From an uncultured delta proteobacterium (lineage in GTDB: Bacteria > Bdellovibrionota > FAC87 > UBA2466): a stretch of 64,000 nt of DNA. Under the pieces are notes generated by a model that ran no database searches, was not told where the DNA came from, and saw nothing but the letters and a program-made list of their open reading frames with translations. A program made the translations under genes and the position numbers. The DNA is taken from NCBI GenBank assembly GCA_963778115.1, contig CAVZSV010000004.1, positions 2,304,001 through 2,368,000 on the forward strand. The letters are read 5' to 3'. Position 1 is the stretch's first letter; every line of letters begins with the position of its first letter. Shown here one piece after another: positions 1 through 9,540 of this stretch.

Positions 1-315
1 TATCAGAAGGGTAAGGATCAGGTGTGTGGAGGGGTTCAGATCCATGTGACGGATCGGAAAAAATTCAAGCCCTTTGTCGCAGGGGTTAGGCTCATCGCCA
101 AGATCGCTGAACTCTATCCCAAAGACTTTGCGTGGAAAAAGCCGCCCTACGAATACGAATACGAGAAAATGCCGATAGATCTCATTGCAGGGACATCGGC
201 GTTCCGCGAAGCGGTTGATGCTCGAAAAGGAACTCGAGCTTTTGAAGAGATGGCCGAGGAGCAACTCGAAACGTTTCGTAAGCTACGTAAAAAGTATCTT
301 TTATATAAGGTCTAA
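1..315 (+). CDS. DUF1343 / exo-beta-N-acetylmuramidase NamZ-family protein, C-terminal part (5' truncated by the window)
   Basis: Open frame from base 1; CGGVQIHVTD...WKKPPYEYEYEKMPIDLIAG...RKKYLLY is typical of the DUF1343/YbbC C-terminus. Confidence 0.85.
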   Translation, partial: YQKGKDQVCGGVQIHVTDRKKFKPFVAGVRLIAKIAELYPKDFAWKKPPYEYEYEKMPIDLIAGTSAFREAVDARKGTRAFEEMAEEQLETFRKLRKKYLLYKV

Positions 316-330
316 TGTTAATTTTCCTCC

Positions 331-810
331 ATGGCTGAAGGAAAAACACGCAGAAAAGCCCCCGAGTTTTCGCTCCCCGATGATAAAGGGAAAATCCGAA
401 CCCTTGGGGAATTCACTGAAAAGGGGCCATGTTTAGTTGTGTTTTATCCTGGCGATTTCACTCCCGTCTGCACTAAGCAATTGTGTAATTACCGCGATGC
501 GCTTCCGAACTTTTCTGAGTATGGTGTTCAGGTAGTAGGCATTAGCAAAAACGATTCTGAATCCCATGCCAGATTCAAGCAGCAGTATGGATTTACCTTT
601 CCCCTGCTCACCGACAAAGCAAACCAAGTCGCCCGCGACTTTGGCTGTGTCTCTAAACTACTTCTGGGGTTAGTGAGTCGGGGAATATTCTTAGTCGATA
701 CCAAAGGTTTTATCGTCTACGAACATGTCGAGATGACCCCCATTACTCGTAGGAAATCCGATGAATTGTTGGATGTGATTAAAGAGTTCAAGGCGAGTCA
801 GGCTCTATAG
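331..810 (+). CDS. bcp: Peroxiredoxin, Bcp/PrxQ family
   Basis: FYPGDFTPVCTKQLC (PxxxTxxC plus resolving Cys); APEFSLPD N-terminus. Confidence 0.9.
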   Translation: MAEGKTRRKAPEFSLPDDKGKIRTLGEFTEKGPCLVVFYPGDFTPVCTKQLCNYRDALPNFSEYGVQVVGISKNDSESHARFKQQYGFTFPLLTDKANQVARDFGCVSKLLLGLVSRGIFLVDTKGFIVYEHVEMTPITRRKSDELLDVIKEFKASQAL

Positions 811-830
811 CGAAGCCTTCATTGGGAGGA

Positions 831-1676
831 CTACCCAACCAAATACATTTTCGCCTCTCCAATAACCCGATACCCCACTTCCTGGTAGATGCGGTTAGAC
901 GTTGGATTGCCTTCATCGGTGTAAAGCACACAAAACCGTTTTCCAAAATTCAAAGCATGTTGGCTTACCCAAGCGACTAGGTTGCCAGCGTATCCGTGTC
1001 GCCGATGCTCGTGGGGCGTATAGACCATCGAAACACGTACCCCATTTGCCGTGGGACCAGAGAGGCAAGCGCATGAGACAGGCTCTCCGCTTTTTTCCCA
1101 AAGAAAGAGATCCTCGGCTTCTATCACACGAGGGACGGCTTCGCGGAAACGTTCGTTGGCCGTGGGATCTTCGGAAACCGCTTCTTTGGCGAAAGAAGCC
1201 ATCCATTTTTCGACAAGGGGAGCGTGCTCCATTTTTGCCAATATCGCTTTGCCTTCGGTTGGCGCGGGCGGATTTACTTTTCTAAGTTCATAGATCTTCT
1301 GGTGCATGATGAGCCGAGGAACGGTTCCGGATTTTTTTTTCCATTCGTTTACAAAGGGTTCAACGGTCGCAGAAGGGCCTACGATGCGGGAGAGGACGAT
1401 GCCTCTTTCGTAAAGCGCTTGGGCGAGTTGGGTAATCTGTCCCTCGGTCGCCGAAGTCAGGAGCAATCCATGAGCGGAATTTTTTATCGCTGCCGCGACC
1501 GTTCGGTTATCCGATTGAATGCGGATAAAGAGCGGAGCCGTGCGTTCTAAACGTCTTCCTGAGGCGATGGCGGAGCAGATTCCCCAGATGATGCTGTTTA
1601 GCGCTTCGTTCTTTGAAAACAGGGGCTCGCAGTGATTGAGAAAGCGGGCAGCGTTTTTTTCGAAGAGGATTTTCAT
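831..1676 (-). CDS. GNAT-family acetyltransferase (two-domain)
   Basis: C-terminal VYTPHEHRRHGYA acetyl-CoA motif and LYTDEGNPTSNRIYQEVGY. Confidence 0.85.
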   Translation of the reverse strand: MKILFEKNAARFLNHCEPLFSKNEALNSIIWGICSAIASGRRLERTAPLFIRIQSDNRTVAAAIKNSAHGLLLTSATEGQITQLAQALYERGIVLSRIVGPSATVEPFVNEWKKKSGTVPRLIMHQKIYELRKVNPPAPTEGKAILAKMEHAPLVEKWMASFAKEAVSEDPTANERFREAVPRVIEAEDLFLWEKSGEPVSCACLSGPTANGVRVSMVYTPHEHRRHGYAGNLVAWVSQHALNFGKRFCVLYTDEGNPTSNRIYQEVGYRVIGEAKMYLVG

Positions 1677-1703
1677 GGGGGAGTTGAACGCTCTAGGTTA
1701 GGA

Positions 1704-1727
1704 TTAATCTTGAGATTAATACTTAAG
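1704..1727. repeat. 24-bp AT-rich motif with palindromic core, copy 1
   Basis: TTAATCTTGAGATTAATACTTAAG; 22/24 identical to 21159-21182. Confidence 0.6.
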
Positions 1728-1731
1728 CATC

Positions 1732-1752
1732 TATTTCGCCGAAGGCGAAATA
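1732..1752. other. Perfect hairpin immediately 3' of tRNA-Ala (possible terminator, processing signal or REP-like GAA-loop hairpin)
   Basis: TATTTCGCC-GAA-GGCGAAATA, 9-bp stem. Confidence 0.55.
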
Positions 1753-1754
1753 AA

Positions 1755-1827
1755 TGGACCGGATGGGGATCGAACCCACGACCCCGGCATTGCGAACGCC
1801 GTGCTCTCCCAACTGAGCTACCGGCCC
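1755..1827 (-). tRNA. tRNA-Ala (anticodon CGC), CCA not encoded
   Basis: Reverse complement GGGCCGGTAGCTCAGTTGGGAGAGCACGGCGTTCGCAATGCCGGGGTCGTGGGTTCGATCCCCATCCGGTCCA folds as a cloverleaf with G3:U70 and anticodon loop TT-CGC-AA. Confidence 0.96.
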
Positions 1828-1981
1828 GTTGAGCGATGAAGGTACCATCCCCCTTTAGTTTGAGCAACCCTACATTGGCCTACATTTGGTCCCGCCTTTT
1901 AATGGACTAAAGGAGCATTGCTCGGCAAATCCGTTGGAAATGCGTCAAAAACGTCAGTATAGTCGCCCCTTGGGAGGTGGC

Positions 1982-3325
1982 ATGGAAGAGATCGCAGAAA
2001 TCTTTAGGCGCCCGACACGCGTTCGTCGAAATCGTAGTATTGGAATTGAACTTGAGCGTATCGGAATGTGGCCAAATGGTGATGCCCTTCATTACCACGA
2101 GTATGCGACTAAAGAAGGGGTTCGACACGGCGCCGAGCAGCTTCTATTGGATCTTCACGAGACGACCGGGTGGCCCGTTGTCCTAAGCGCTCTAAAACGT
2201 CCCATTGGTATCGCTTCTTCCGAAGGGAAGGTTTCATTGGAGCCAGGGAGCCAGTTGGAACTCTCCACGGAGCCTTTACCTCACATCGATGCTCTGGTGG
2301 AGAGTTCATGCTTTTACGAACGTCAGGTTAATAAGATCACAGGCCCCTGGGGGCTAAAGTGGATAGGGCTCGGCCTGAATCCCACTAACAGAGTTGATGA
2401 GATCGATGTGATTCCGGCTCCTCGCTACCATTACATGACCGATTATTTAGGGAAACGCGGACGCTTGGCTACGCGGATGATGCGACTGACTTCCTCAGTT
2501 CAAATAAACCTAGACTACCAGTCCGAAGAAGAGGGCATGGAGATGCTGCGAGCGGGCTTACTCTTAGCCCCATTGTCGTATGCCCTATTTGGCAATTCAC
2601 CGTTCTCGGAGGGAAAGCGTTCCGAATTTCTCTCAGCACGAGGAGAGATTTGGCAGCAAACCGATCCCGACCGAACGGGGTTGTTATCCGCCGTTTTCGA
2701 GGACTCCTTTAATTTTGATAGCTATGCGAAGCTGGTTTGGGAGTGCCCCTTAATGTTCGCTCAAGATGAGCAAGGGGAATATGTTCCTGCTAATGGGCTC
2801 TCCCTCGCCGATATTTCAAAGGGAAAACTTCCCGGAGCGATCGTCGACGGCAATAATCGCATGAACGCAATCCGAGAGATCTTCACGGAAGCCAGACTGA
2901 AACCTGGTTACGTGGAAATTCGCTCTGTAGACGGGCAACGCCCCGATATGAGATTTGCTTCGACGGCATTCTGGGTCGGGGTCCTCTATTCGGCGCCGGC
3001 TCGACAGTGGGTGCTCGAGAACATAGGAAAGATTCCTTCCGAAAATCGAGATCGTTGGATGGATGAAGCCATACGACACGGGTTGGAAGCCAAAGTTTCG
3101 GGAATCGATACGGCCGGGATCGCTCAGACGGTTTTCTCCTTGGCCAGAGAAGGGCTGATTGAACGCGCTTTCGGAGAAGCTCAATATCTTAAGCCGCTAG
3201 AAGCGATGATAAAGGCAAGAACGAACCCGGCTCAGGTGGTGCTCAAGAAATTCGAGACACAATGGCAAGGCAATTGGTCGAAGTTAGTAGAATATTGTAG
3301 TGTGTGCACCGAGGAAACGAGGTGA
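1982..3325 (+). CDS. gshA: Glutamate--cysteine ligase, GCS2 (plant/alphaproteobacterial-type) family
   Basis: IGIELE, VSLEPGSQLELS, SVQINLD, ALFGNSPF, IWQQTDPDRTG, YVEIRSVD motifs; ATG 1982 follows GGAGG. Confidence 0.85.
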   Translation: MEEIAEIFRRPTRVRRNRSIGIELERIGMWPNGDALHYHEYATKEGVRHGAEQLLLDLHETTGWPVVLSALKRPIGIASSEGKVSLEPGSQLELSTEPLPHIDALVESSCFYERQVNKITGPWGLKWIGLGLNPTNRVDEIDVIPAPRYHYMTDYLGKRGRLATRMMRLTSSVQINLDYQSEEEGMEMLRAGLLLAPLSYALFGNSPFSEGKRSEFLSARGEIWQQTDPDRTGLLSAVFEDSFNFDSYAKLVWECPLMFAQDEQGEYVPANGLSLADISKGKLPGAIVDGNNRMNAIREIFTEARLKPGYVEIRSVDGQRPDMRFASTAFWVGVLYSAPARQWVLENIGKIPSENRDRWMDEAIRHGLEAKVSGIDTAGIAQTVFSLAREGLIERAFGEAQYLKPLEAMIKARTNPAQVVLKKFETQWQGNWSKLVEYCSVCTEETR

Positions 3326-3328
3326 ACT

Positions 3329-3583
3329 ATGATTGAGCTGTATCACGCGGAAGATTGCCCTTATTGCGTTCGGGTGCGGAAATTTTTCGAAGATTCCGCA
3401 GTCTCCTACGTCTCTAAGCCGGTCCCGCTACGCAAAAACTCTCCTATTAAAGAGGAGCTTCTTTCCCTAGGCGGAAAGATTCAGGTCCCCTTTCTGGTCG
3501 ACCCCGCCAAAGGGGTGAAGATGTATGAGAGCATGGACATTATTGAATACGTGAAGAAAAATTATTTAAGCGCGAACGTCTAG
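3329..3583 (+). CDS. Glutaredoxin / GST N-terminal-domain protein
   Basis: CPYC active site, GGKIQVPFLVD, MYESMDII. Confidence 0.9.
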   Translation: MIELYHAEDCPYCVRVRKFFEDSAVSYVSKPVPLRKNSPIKEELLSLGGKIQVPFLVDPAKGVKMYESMDIIEYVKKNYLSANV

Positions 3584-3607
3584 GCAAACGCCACAGGTAC
3601 TGTCTTT

Positions 3608-3658
3608 CGTAGACGTGAACGATTCCCGGTTTTTTTATTCGGATCGTTCACGCTTACG
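3608..3658. terminator. Imperfect long hairpin between convergent grx and ggt (bidirectional terminator or REP-like element)
   Basis: CGTAGACGTGAACGATTCC ... GGATCGTTCACGCTTACG followed by an A-run. Confidence 0.55.
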
Positions 3659-3667
3659 CAAAAAAAC

Positions 3668-5485
3668 CTACTCCGCGAGCGCTCCACCCTCATCCCTAGG
3701 ATCCGAAACGGCCTCCAATTTATCATTGGCATCCCGCCCCACAGCGGTAATTCCGGAATAATTATTCTCGCTTTTGATCTTATATCCCATCGCCGCCAGC
3801 TTATTCTTGGTGTCGTCGGAAAAACCTTCGATGACCAATTCTTCGGGGATCCACTGATGGTGAAACCGGGGAGCGAATACCGCTTTCTTCACACTCTTTA
3901 GTACATAGAGGTCATTAATAATGACCTCAATAACGCTCGAAATGATTCTCGAACCCCCATTTCCCGCTACCGCCAAGACAGGCAGACCGCTCGCCTTGGA
4001 AAGCACTATCGTCGGCATCATGCTGGAGAGAGGGCGTTTTCCCACTTCAATCAAATTACCGCCGCCGGTAACGACACCCCACATGTTTCGCTCTCCCGCT
4101 TTAAGGGTAAAATCGTCCATGGTGTTGTTTAGCGTAATGCCGTAGCCAGGAACGCCGACACTAGCGCCAAAGGGGCCATTGGTACTGATGGTGAGGCTTA
4201 CGGCATTTCCTTGCGCATCCATGACTTCGGCATCGGAGGTGCCTTTAACTCGAGGTCTGACATATTCGCCAGGCCTTATCTTCGCACTTGGAGTCGCCTT
4301 ATCGGCATCCATATGGGCTCGGATCTGCTCGATATACTGAGGCGTCAGCAAAAGCTTATAATCCTTCTTGAAAAAATCCGGATCTCCTATGTACTCGGAT
4401 CGATCCGCGTATCCGCGCTTAAGTGCCTCGGTCACTAAGTGAATGAGGTGGGGAATGTCTTGCGATTCTTTCGCCAGATCGTACGTGGATAGGACGGAAA
4501 GGACTTGAGCCGCGACAACTCCCCCGGAACTAGGCGGGGCAGTACTTACCAGTTCATATTGTCCGAAATCTATTTTCACGGGTGGGGGAAACTTTGTTTT
4601 GTATCGTCTTAAGTCACTGACACTTAGGACACCCCCGCGATCGTCGACAGCCTTGGCAATGGCCGCCGCCATGGGGCCATAGTAGAAGGCCTTTTTCCCG
4701 TGGTCGGCGATTTTAGTAAGTGTCTCGGCTAGATCTTTTTGAACGAGAGATTCCCCTTCCGCGAGAGGTTTTCCGTCCTTAAAAAAGATTTTCGACAAGT
4801 ATGGATCGGTCGCTAAATGTGCTTTTTCCGAAGCAAGCCTATCGGCTAGTGAGGGATAGATCGGAAAGCCCTCATTGGCTAAACGAATCGCCGGTTGCAG
4901 TAACTTCTTCCAAGGAAGTTTCCCCCAGCGGGCATGTAGATCGAACAGACCAGCGACGATTCCTGGAGTGGCCACCGCGAGTCCACCCGTTTGGCTTAGA
5001 TTAAAATCAGGTTCGCCATTCTTGCCCATAAAGAGCGATGCTTTAGCTTTTTTGGGAGCGGTCTCTCTAAAATCGACGAAATAATCTCCCTTAAACTTGG
5101 GGTCCACCAAATGCAGCGTCATGAAGCCGCCGCCGCCGATGCTGACCGAGTATGCTCTTTCCACACACAGGGTAAACGCGGTGGCCACCGCGATATCGAC
5201 CGCATTTCCCCCTTCCTTATGAATCTCCATCCCAGCGTCCGTCGAGTTATGCCCTTCGGAGCTGATTGCGATCTGCGAACCGCTGGCACTACAGCAATCG
5301 GGAGTCCGCTTCCAGCGCTGCAAATCCAGATGGCTGGTGGAAGTCAATTCGTCGATGGACGATGCGGTAGCTGATGTAGAGGCCCTCTGGGGAGTGCTCT
5401 GGCAGCCAAAGAGCAAGAGTGCTGCCGAAGCGACGATGGTTCTGCCAAAAAGCCCTAAACGAAGCGAGCGCAATTGAATATTCAT
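3668..5485 (-). CDS. ggt: Gamma-glutamyltranspeptidase, lipoprotein
   Basis: GGNAVDIAVA, IGGGGFM, VDFRETAP, PPSSGG, LNNTMDDF, KRPLSSMMPT, APRFHHQW, DPRDEG; lipobox LLFGC; start taken at ATG 5485. Confidence 0.92.
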   Translation of the reverse strand: MNIQLRSLRLGLFGRTIVASAALLLFGCQSTPQRASTSATASSIDELTSTSHLDLQRWKRTPDCCSASGSQIAISSEGHNSTDAGMEIHKEGGNAVDIAVATAFTLCVERAYSVSIGGGGFMTLHLVDPKFKGDYFVDFRETAPKKAKASLFMGKNGEPDFNLSQTGGLAVATPGIVAGLFDLHARWGKLPWKKLLQPAIRLANEGFPIYPSLADRLASEKAHLATDPYLSKIFFKDGKPLAEGESLVQKDLAETLTKIADHGKKAFYYGPMAAAIAKAVDDRGGVLSVSDLRRYKTKFPPPVKIDFGQYELVSTAPPSSGGVVAAQVLSVLSTYDLAKESQDIPHLIHLVTEALKRGYADRSEYIGDPDFFKKDYKLLLTPQYIEQIRAHMDADKATPSAKIRPGEYVRPRVKGTSDAEVMDAQGNAVSLTISTNGPFGASVGVPGYGITLNNTMDDFTLKAGERNMWGVVTGGGNLIEVGKRPLSSMMPTIVLSKASGLPVLAVAGNGGSRIISSVIEVIINDLYVLKSVKKAVFAPRFHHQWIPEELVIEGFSDDTKNKLAAMGYKIKSENNYSGITAVGRDANDKLEAVSDPRDEGGALAE

Positions 5486-5543
5486 GGGCTGGGTATACAC
5501 CAGACGCTATCGTTTGCAAGAAGACGGCGGTAAAATGGCGATC

Positions 5544-6365
5544 ATGAAAATTGCGTTAGTCCAAATGCGTTCGAGTTCCGATCTTGAGACTAACCTCGCT
5601 GTTATGCGTCGGCAGGTCGAGAAGGCCAAGCAGTTAGGCGCCGATTTAGTGGTGTTTCCCGAGGTCGCCTACTTCACGGGAAGGCCGGAACTTTCTACCC
5701 AAATAGGCCCTGAGTTTCCTCGATTAAAAAGGGTTTTCAGTGGATGGGCCAAGGAGATAGGGATCCATTTGATTCCGGGCACGGTTCGGGAACCTCTTGC
5801 CTTGCAAACTTCCACCAAAGCTTCGCACGCCAATCTGATGATGGCTTTTGGCCCTGACGGGTCTGTTAATTGCGAATATAGGAAGATTTTTTTGTTCAAA
5901 GCCAAGCTTCCCGATCGAGCCTATGACGAGACCGACTTTTTTCTTCCTGGCTCTAACGTTATTACCGCCGAAATAGCCGGAGTTCGGGTAGGCTTTACCA
6001 TCTGCTTCGATTTGCGTTTCCCCGAACTCTTCCGGGCTTTAAAGAAACGGGGGGCTCAGGTTATCTTAGTCCCCGCGGCCTTTACGGCGGAAACCGGAAG
6101 GGTCCATTGGGAGGTTTTGCTTAGGGCTAGGGCCATTGAAAACCAGTGCTATATCGTCGCCCCGGGCCTCGTGGGGACTGCCGGGGATGGATCGGCAAAG
6201 CATGGCCATTCCCTAGTAGTGGACCCCTGGGGTAACGTTATCCTCGATATGGGGCAGAGCGAGGATACTCAAGTCGTTGAGATTGCGATCCAAGAGATAA
6301 GTAACGCCGGAAAGAAAATAGACGTATGGGGCTCTCGTCGGGAGGACCTTTTTCCCATTGGCTAA
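5544..6365 (+). CDS. Carbon-nitrogen hydrolase, Nit1/YbeM-like (probable deaminated glutathione amidase)
   Basis: Catalytic E-K-C in FPEV, YRKIFLF and ICFDLRFPE; PAAFT..TG..HWEVLLRARAIENQ; GHSLVVDPWG. Confidence 0.88.
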   Translation: MKIALVQMRSSSDLETNLAVMRRQVEKAKQLGADLVVFPEVAYFTGRPELSTQIGPEFPRLKRVFSGWAKEIGIHLIPGTVREPLALQTSTKASHANLMMAFGPDGSVNCEYRKIFLFKAKLPDRAYDETDFFLPGSNVITAEIAGVRVGFTICFDLRFPELFRALKKRGAQVILVPAAFTAETGRVHWEVLLRARAIENQCYIVAPGLVGTAGDGSAKHGHSLVVDPWGNVILDMGQSEDTQVVEIAIQEISNAGKKIDVWGSRREDLFPIG

Positions 6366-6430
6366 AGTGGCCCAAACCCCTTAATGATATCTTTTAGCAT
6401 TTAGAAAATGACACGAAGTCAGGAGACAAC

Positions 6431-8476
6431 ATGATGACGCTCATCCTCTGGAGTATCGCATTTATAGCGGGAGTCGGCTTTTTCACTTGGCAAATTCGAG
6501 GGAGACTAAAAATTCTGCTGGCGGCTCGCCGAGATGACGGCCGTGACTATTCCATGGCTACCTGGCCCACTCGTATTAAGAACACGCTCATCTATGGCTT
6601 CGGCCAGGGAAAGTTTTTCCGAGACGAGCAGCCCGCCGGCATTTTACATATCGCCGTATTTTGGGGATTTTGCGTCCTTTCCCTGCAAGTCATCACCATG
6701 TTCACGCGGGGATGGTTTCCCTCCTTTGTGGTTCCAGGACTGGGGGCAGATCTTTTCGGAAAACCTTACGGACTACTCAAAGACATTTTCCAAGCCGTAG
6801 TGATGGTAGGGGTGATGGTGCTGCTCACGCGCTGGTGGGTGACCAAACCCAAAAGACTCTTTGGATTTCTCCCTGCTGAAGCCAGGCTGAATCAACATTC
6901 GCACACTGAGGCCTACCTCATCCTTCTTTTTATTTTCGGTATCATGCTAAGCGGCTTTGTTTACGACGGTTCCCGAATGGTGCTATTTGCGACCGATCCC
7001 GAAGTCGTTGGCGTAGCCTCTTGGGAGCCAATCAGTTCGGCGGTTGCGCGTCTGTTTGAAGGGAACTCCGATGCCGCCCTTATAGCGTCGACGATCGCAT
7101 GGTGGATGCATAATCTTATTATCTTGGCCTTTTTGAACTTGCTCCCCCGTTCGAAACATTTTCACATCATTACGGCCATTCCGAATGTCTTTTTCGGTAA
7201 AATAGGGCCGAGGGGTCGCCTTCCGAAGCGAGATTTTACCGTCGAGAATCCGCTCTTCGGTCGTTCTACGGTAAATCAGTTCACTTGGAAACAGATGATG
7301 GACATGTACAGCTGTACCGAATGCGGTCGCTGTGCCGCCGTCTGTCCCGCAACGGCCACCAAGAAACCCTTAGCCCCGCGTCAATTTCTCTTGGATATTC
7401 GTGACTCGCTCTATTCCTCGCAAACGACGTGGCTTCAAAAGATAGCGGTCAATGCGACGCCGGAATTTGAAGCCGTGGTCGGGGAAGGACGGCCGGTAAG
7501 TGACGAAACCGTCTGGTCTTGTGTGCAGTGCCGTGCCTGCGAGGAGGCCTGCCCCGTTAATATCGAATACGTCGATAAGATGGTGGACATGCGCCAACAT
7601 CTCGTTCAAGAAGCTTCACGATTTCCCGCCGAACTAAATCGGACCTTCAAAGGTTTGGAGACGCAATCTAACCCTTGGGGAATTAGTCGCGAAGAGCGAG
7701 ACGCTTGGGCGGAGGGGATGGAGATTCCTCGCATTCAGGACAATCCCAATGCCGAGTATCTCTATTATGTCGGGTGTGGGGGATCTTTTGATTCCAATAA
7801 CCGGCGATCGACGCAAAGTTTCGCCAAAATCTTGAAGAAGGCAGGCGTCTCCTTTGCGATCTTAGGTAAAGAGGAACTGTGTAACGGAGAGACCGCACGC
7901 CGCCTTGGGAACGAGTATCTGTTCCAAACGTTGGCGGAGAGTCTTGTGGCGCTGTTAAACCAATACCAAATTAAGAAGATTCTGGTGAACTGCCCCCACT
8001 GCTTCAATACGCTGGCTAAGGAATATCCCGACTTCGGAGGGAAGTGGGAAGTCACTCGCGCTGGAGACCTAGTCAATCAGTTAGCGGCGGCTGGAAAAAT
8101 TCCTCTTCAGGGCAGCTTTGATAAGAAGGTGGTCTACCACGACTCCTGCAACTACGGACGCTTTAACGGCGTCTACGATGAACCCCGCGAAATTCTCCAA
8201 AGGGTTCCGGGAGCCCGATTCGAAGAGATCACCCCTTCCCGAGAAAAAGGGACCTGTTGTGGGGCCGGAGGCGGGAGGATGTGGTTGGAAGAGGCTAAAG
8301 ATCAACGGGTTAATATGCTTCGCGCCGATCAGGCTTTGGAGAAAAAGCCTGACGTGATTGCGACCTCATGCCCCTACTGCAAGATCATGCTGGGAAGTGC
8401 GATCAACGAAAAAGGGGAGAACGAAAAGGTCCAAGTGATGGATGTCATGGAGATTGTGGCTTCCCAACTTTCGTAA
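6431..8476 (+). CDS. Membrane-bound Fe-S oxidoreductase (FadF/HdrD/GlpC-like: TM region, 2x[4Fe-4S], CCG domains)
   Basis: CTECGRCAAVCP, CVQCRACEEACP, CPHC, YHDSC, CCGAGGG, SCPYC. Confidence 0.9.
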   Translation: MMTLILWSIAFIAGVGFFTWQIRGRLKILLAARRDDGRDYSMATWPTRIKNTLIYGFGQGKFFRDEQPAGILHIAVFWGFCVLSLQVITMFTRGWFPSFVVPGLGADLFGKPYGLLKDIFQAVVMVGVMVLLTRWWVTKPKRLFGFLPAEARLNQHSHTEAYLILLFIFGIMLSGFVYDGSRMVLFATDPEVVGVASWEPISSAVARLFEGNSDAALIASTIAWWMHNLIILAFLNLLPRSKHFHIITAIPNVFFGKIGPRGRLPKRDFTVENPLFGRSTVNQFTWKQMMDMYSCTECGRCAAVCPATATKKPLAPRQFLLDIRDSLYSSQTTWLQKIAVNATPEFEAVVGEGRPVSDETVWSCVQCRACEEACPVNIEYVDKMVDMRQHLVQEASRFPAELNRTFKGLETQSNPWGISREERDAWAEGMEIPRIQDNPNAEYLYYVGCGGSFDSNNRRSTQSFAKILKKAGVSFAILGKEELCNGETARRLGNEYLFQTLAESLVALLNQYQIKKILVNCPHCFNTLAKEYPDFGGKWEVTRAGDLVNQLAAAGKIPLQGSFDKKVVYHDSCNYGRFNGVYDEPREILQRVPGARFEEITPSREKGTCCGAGGGRMWLEEAKDQRVNMLRADQALEKKPDVIATSCPYCKIMLGSAINEKGENEKVQVMDVMEIVASQLS

Positions 8477-8586
8477 ACAAATCTGAAACGTTTAGATCGA
8501 TACTTCTTTGAGTTTCGCTCGGAAGATGGCTAAAATGTCGCCTTCGAAGGCCGGAAAAGTGAAATGTATATAATGGAGGTTTTATT

Positions 8587-8982
8587 ATGAACGTGGTTAA
8601 GCGGATTCTCACTGCGGTCAGTATATTAGGTTTGGCTGGCATTCTTTTGGTAGGGTGCTCGGCGAGCCAACCTAAGCAGAAATCTAACCTTACCTTTGGG
8701 TCCGTAAAAAAGAACATTGTTAAGGGAAAGACTAATCAATCCGATGTCGTTCAGCTGCTTGGCTCTCCCAATATCGTGACCAAGAACTCCAAAGGGAACG
8801 AAGTGTGGACATACACCCGGCAATCTTATGATTCCGAGACTGGGGGTTTTGGAGGTGGTGTTATTCTTTTTGGCGGGAATAAGGCTTTCTCGTCTTCGTC
8901 TACTTCTAGTTTTGATCTTATTCTCACCTTTGATAAGAACGATGTTGTAGATGATTACAGCGTAGTGTCGTCTCAGTTCTAG
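8587..8982 (+). CDS. Lipoprotein, SmpA/OmlA(BamE)-like fold
   Basis: Lipobox LVGC; IVKGKTNQSDVVQLLGSPN...EVWTY...LILTFDKNDVV pattern; GGAGG RBS. Confidence 0.7.
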   Translation: MNVVKRILTAVSILGLAGILLVGCSASQPKQKSNLTFGSVKKNIVKGKTNQSDVVQLLGSPNIVTKNSKGNEVWTYTRQSYDSETGGFGGGVILFGGNKAFSSSSTSSFDLILTFDKNDVVDDYSVVSSQF

Positions 8983-8998
8983 TAGTAAGGAGAGCTTT

Positions 8999-9490
8999 AT
9001 GAAGAAGGGTTTGCGTTTATTTTCCTACCTGCTGATTTTGGCCATGGGCGCTTGTGCGACCGTCCCCGAGCTTTCGCCCGCTCAACGGCGGGCACTTCAG
9101 ATGCGAACGTTCGAGCACACGTCGTATGAAAACGTCTTTCGAGCGTTTAAGACAGTCCTTCAAGATTCGGGCTACGTAATTAAAAATCAGGACATGAATG
9201 GCGGACTCATCGTAGCGCAAATTCAGAAGACCGATAGTTCGGGAGCCTTTTTCGCTGCTTTTGGAGGAAACCAGAATTACCGGACAGGTCAGGCCTTTGA
9301 AGTCTCCGTCAACTTGGAAAAAGTAAACGCTACGACTATTGAGACTCGCGTCATTATTCAGACGGTAGAGAGCTACAGCATGGGTGGCCAGCAGGGACAT
9401 GAAATTCTAGACGATAAGATGTATAAAAGTATTTACGATTCAGTTCGCACCGAAGTCGAGCGCCGGAAAGCTCAAGGCAAGAGTGAATAG
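8999..9490 (+). CDS. Hypothetical lipoprotein
   Basis: Lipobox MGAC; AAGGAG RBS; co-oriented with the previous lipoprotein. Confidence 0.75.
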   Translation: MKKGLRLFSYLLILAMGACATVPELSPAQRRALQMRTFEHTSYENVFRAFKTVLQDSGYVIKNQDMNGGLIVAQIQKTDSSGAFFAAFGGNQNYRTGQAFEVSVNLEKVNATTIETRVIIQTVESYSMGGQQGHEILDDKMYKSIYDSVRTEVERRKAQGKSE

Positions 9491-9540
9491 CTAGAGCTTT
9501 ACTGTCCGGGATCGGAGGGAACACTGTTTGGGGGAGTCGC

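Noticed and set aside
1700..1830. tRNA-anchored genomic island or prophage
   Set aside because: No integrase, no duplicated tRNA 3' end and no phage genes seen
1673..1867. Short ORFs overlapping tRNA-Ala (likewise 61153-61428 over tRNA-Lys)
   Set aside because: Spurious translations of tRNA genes
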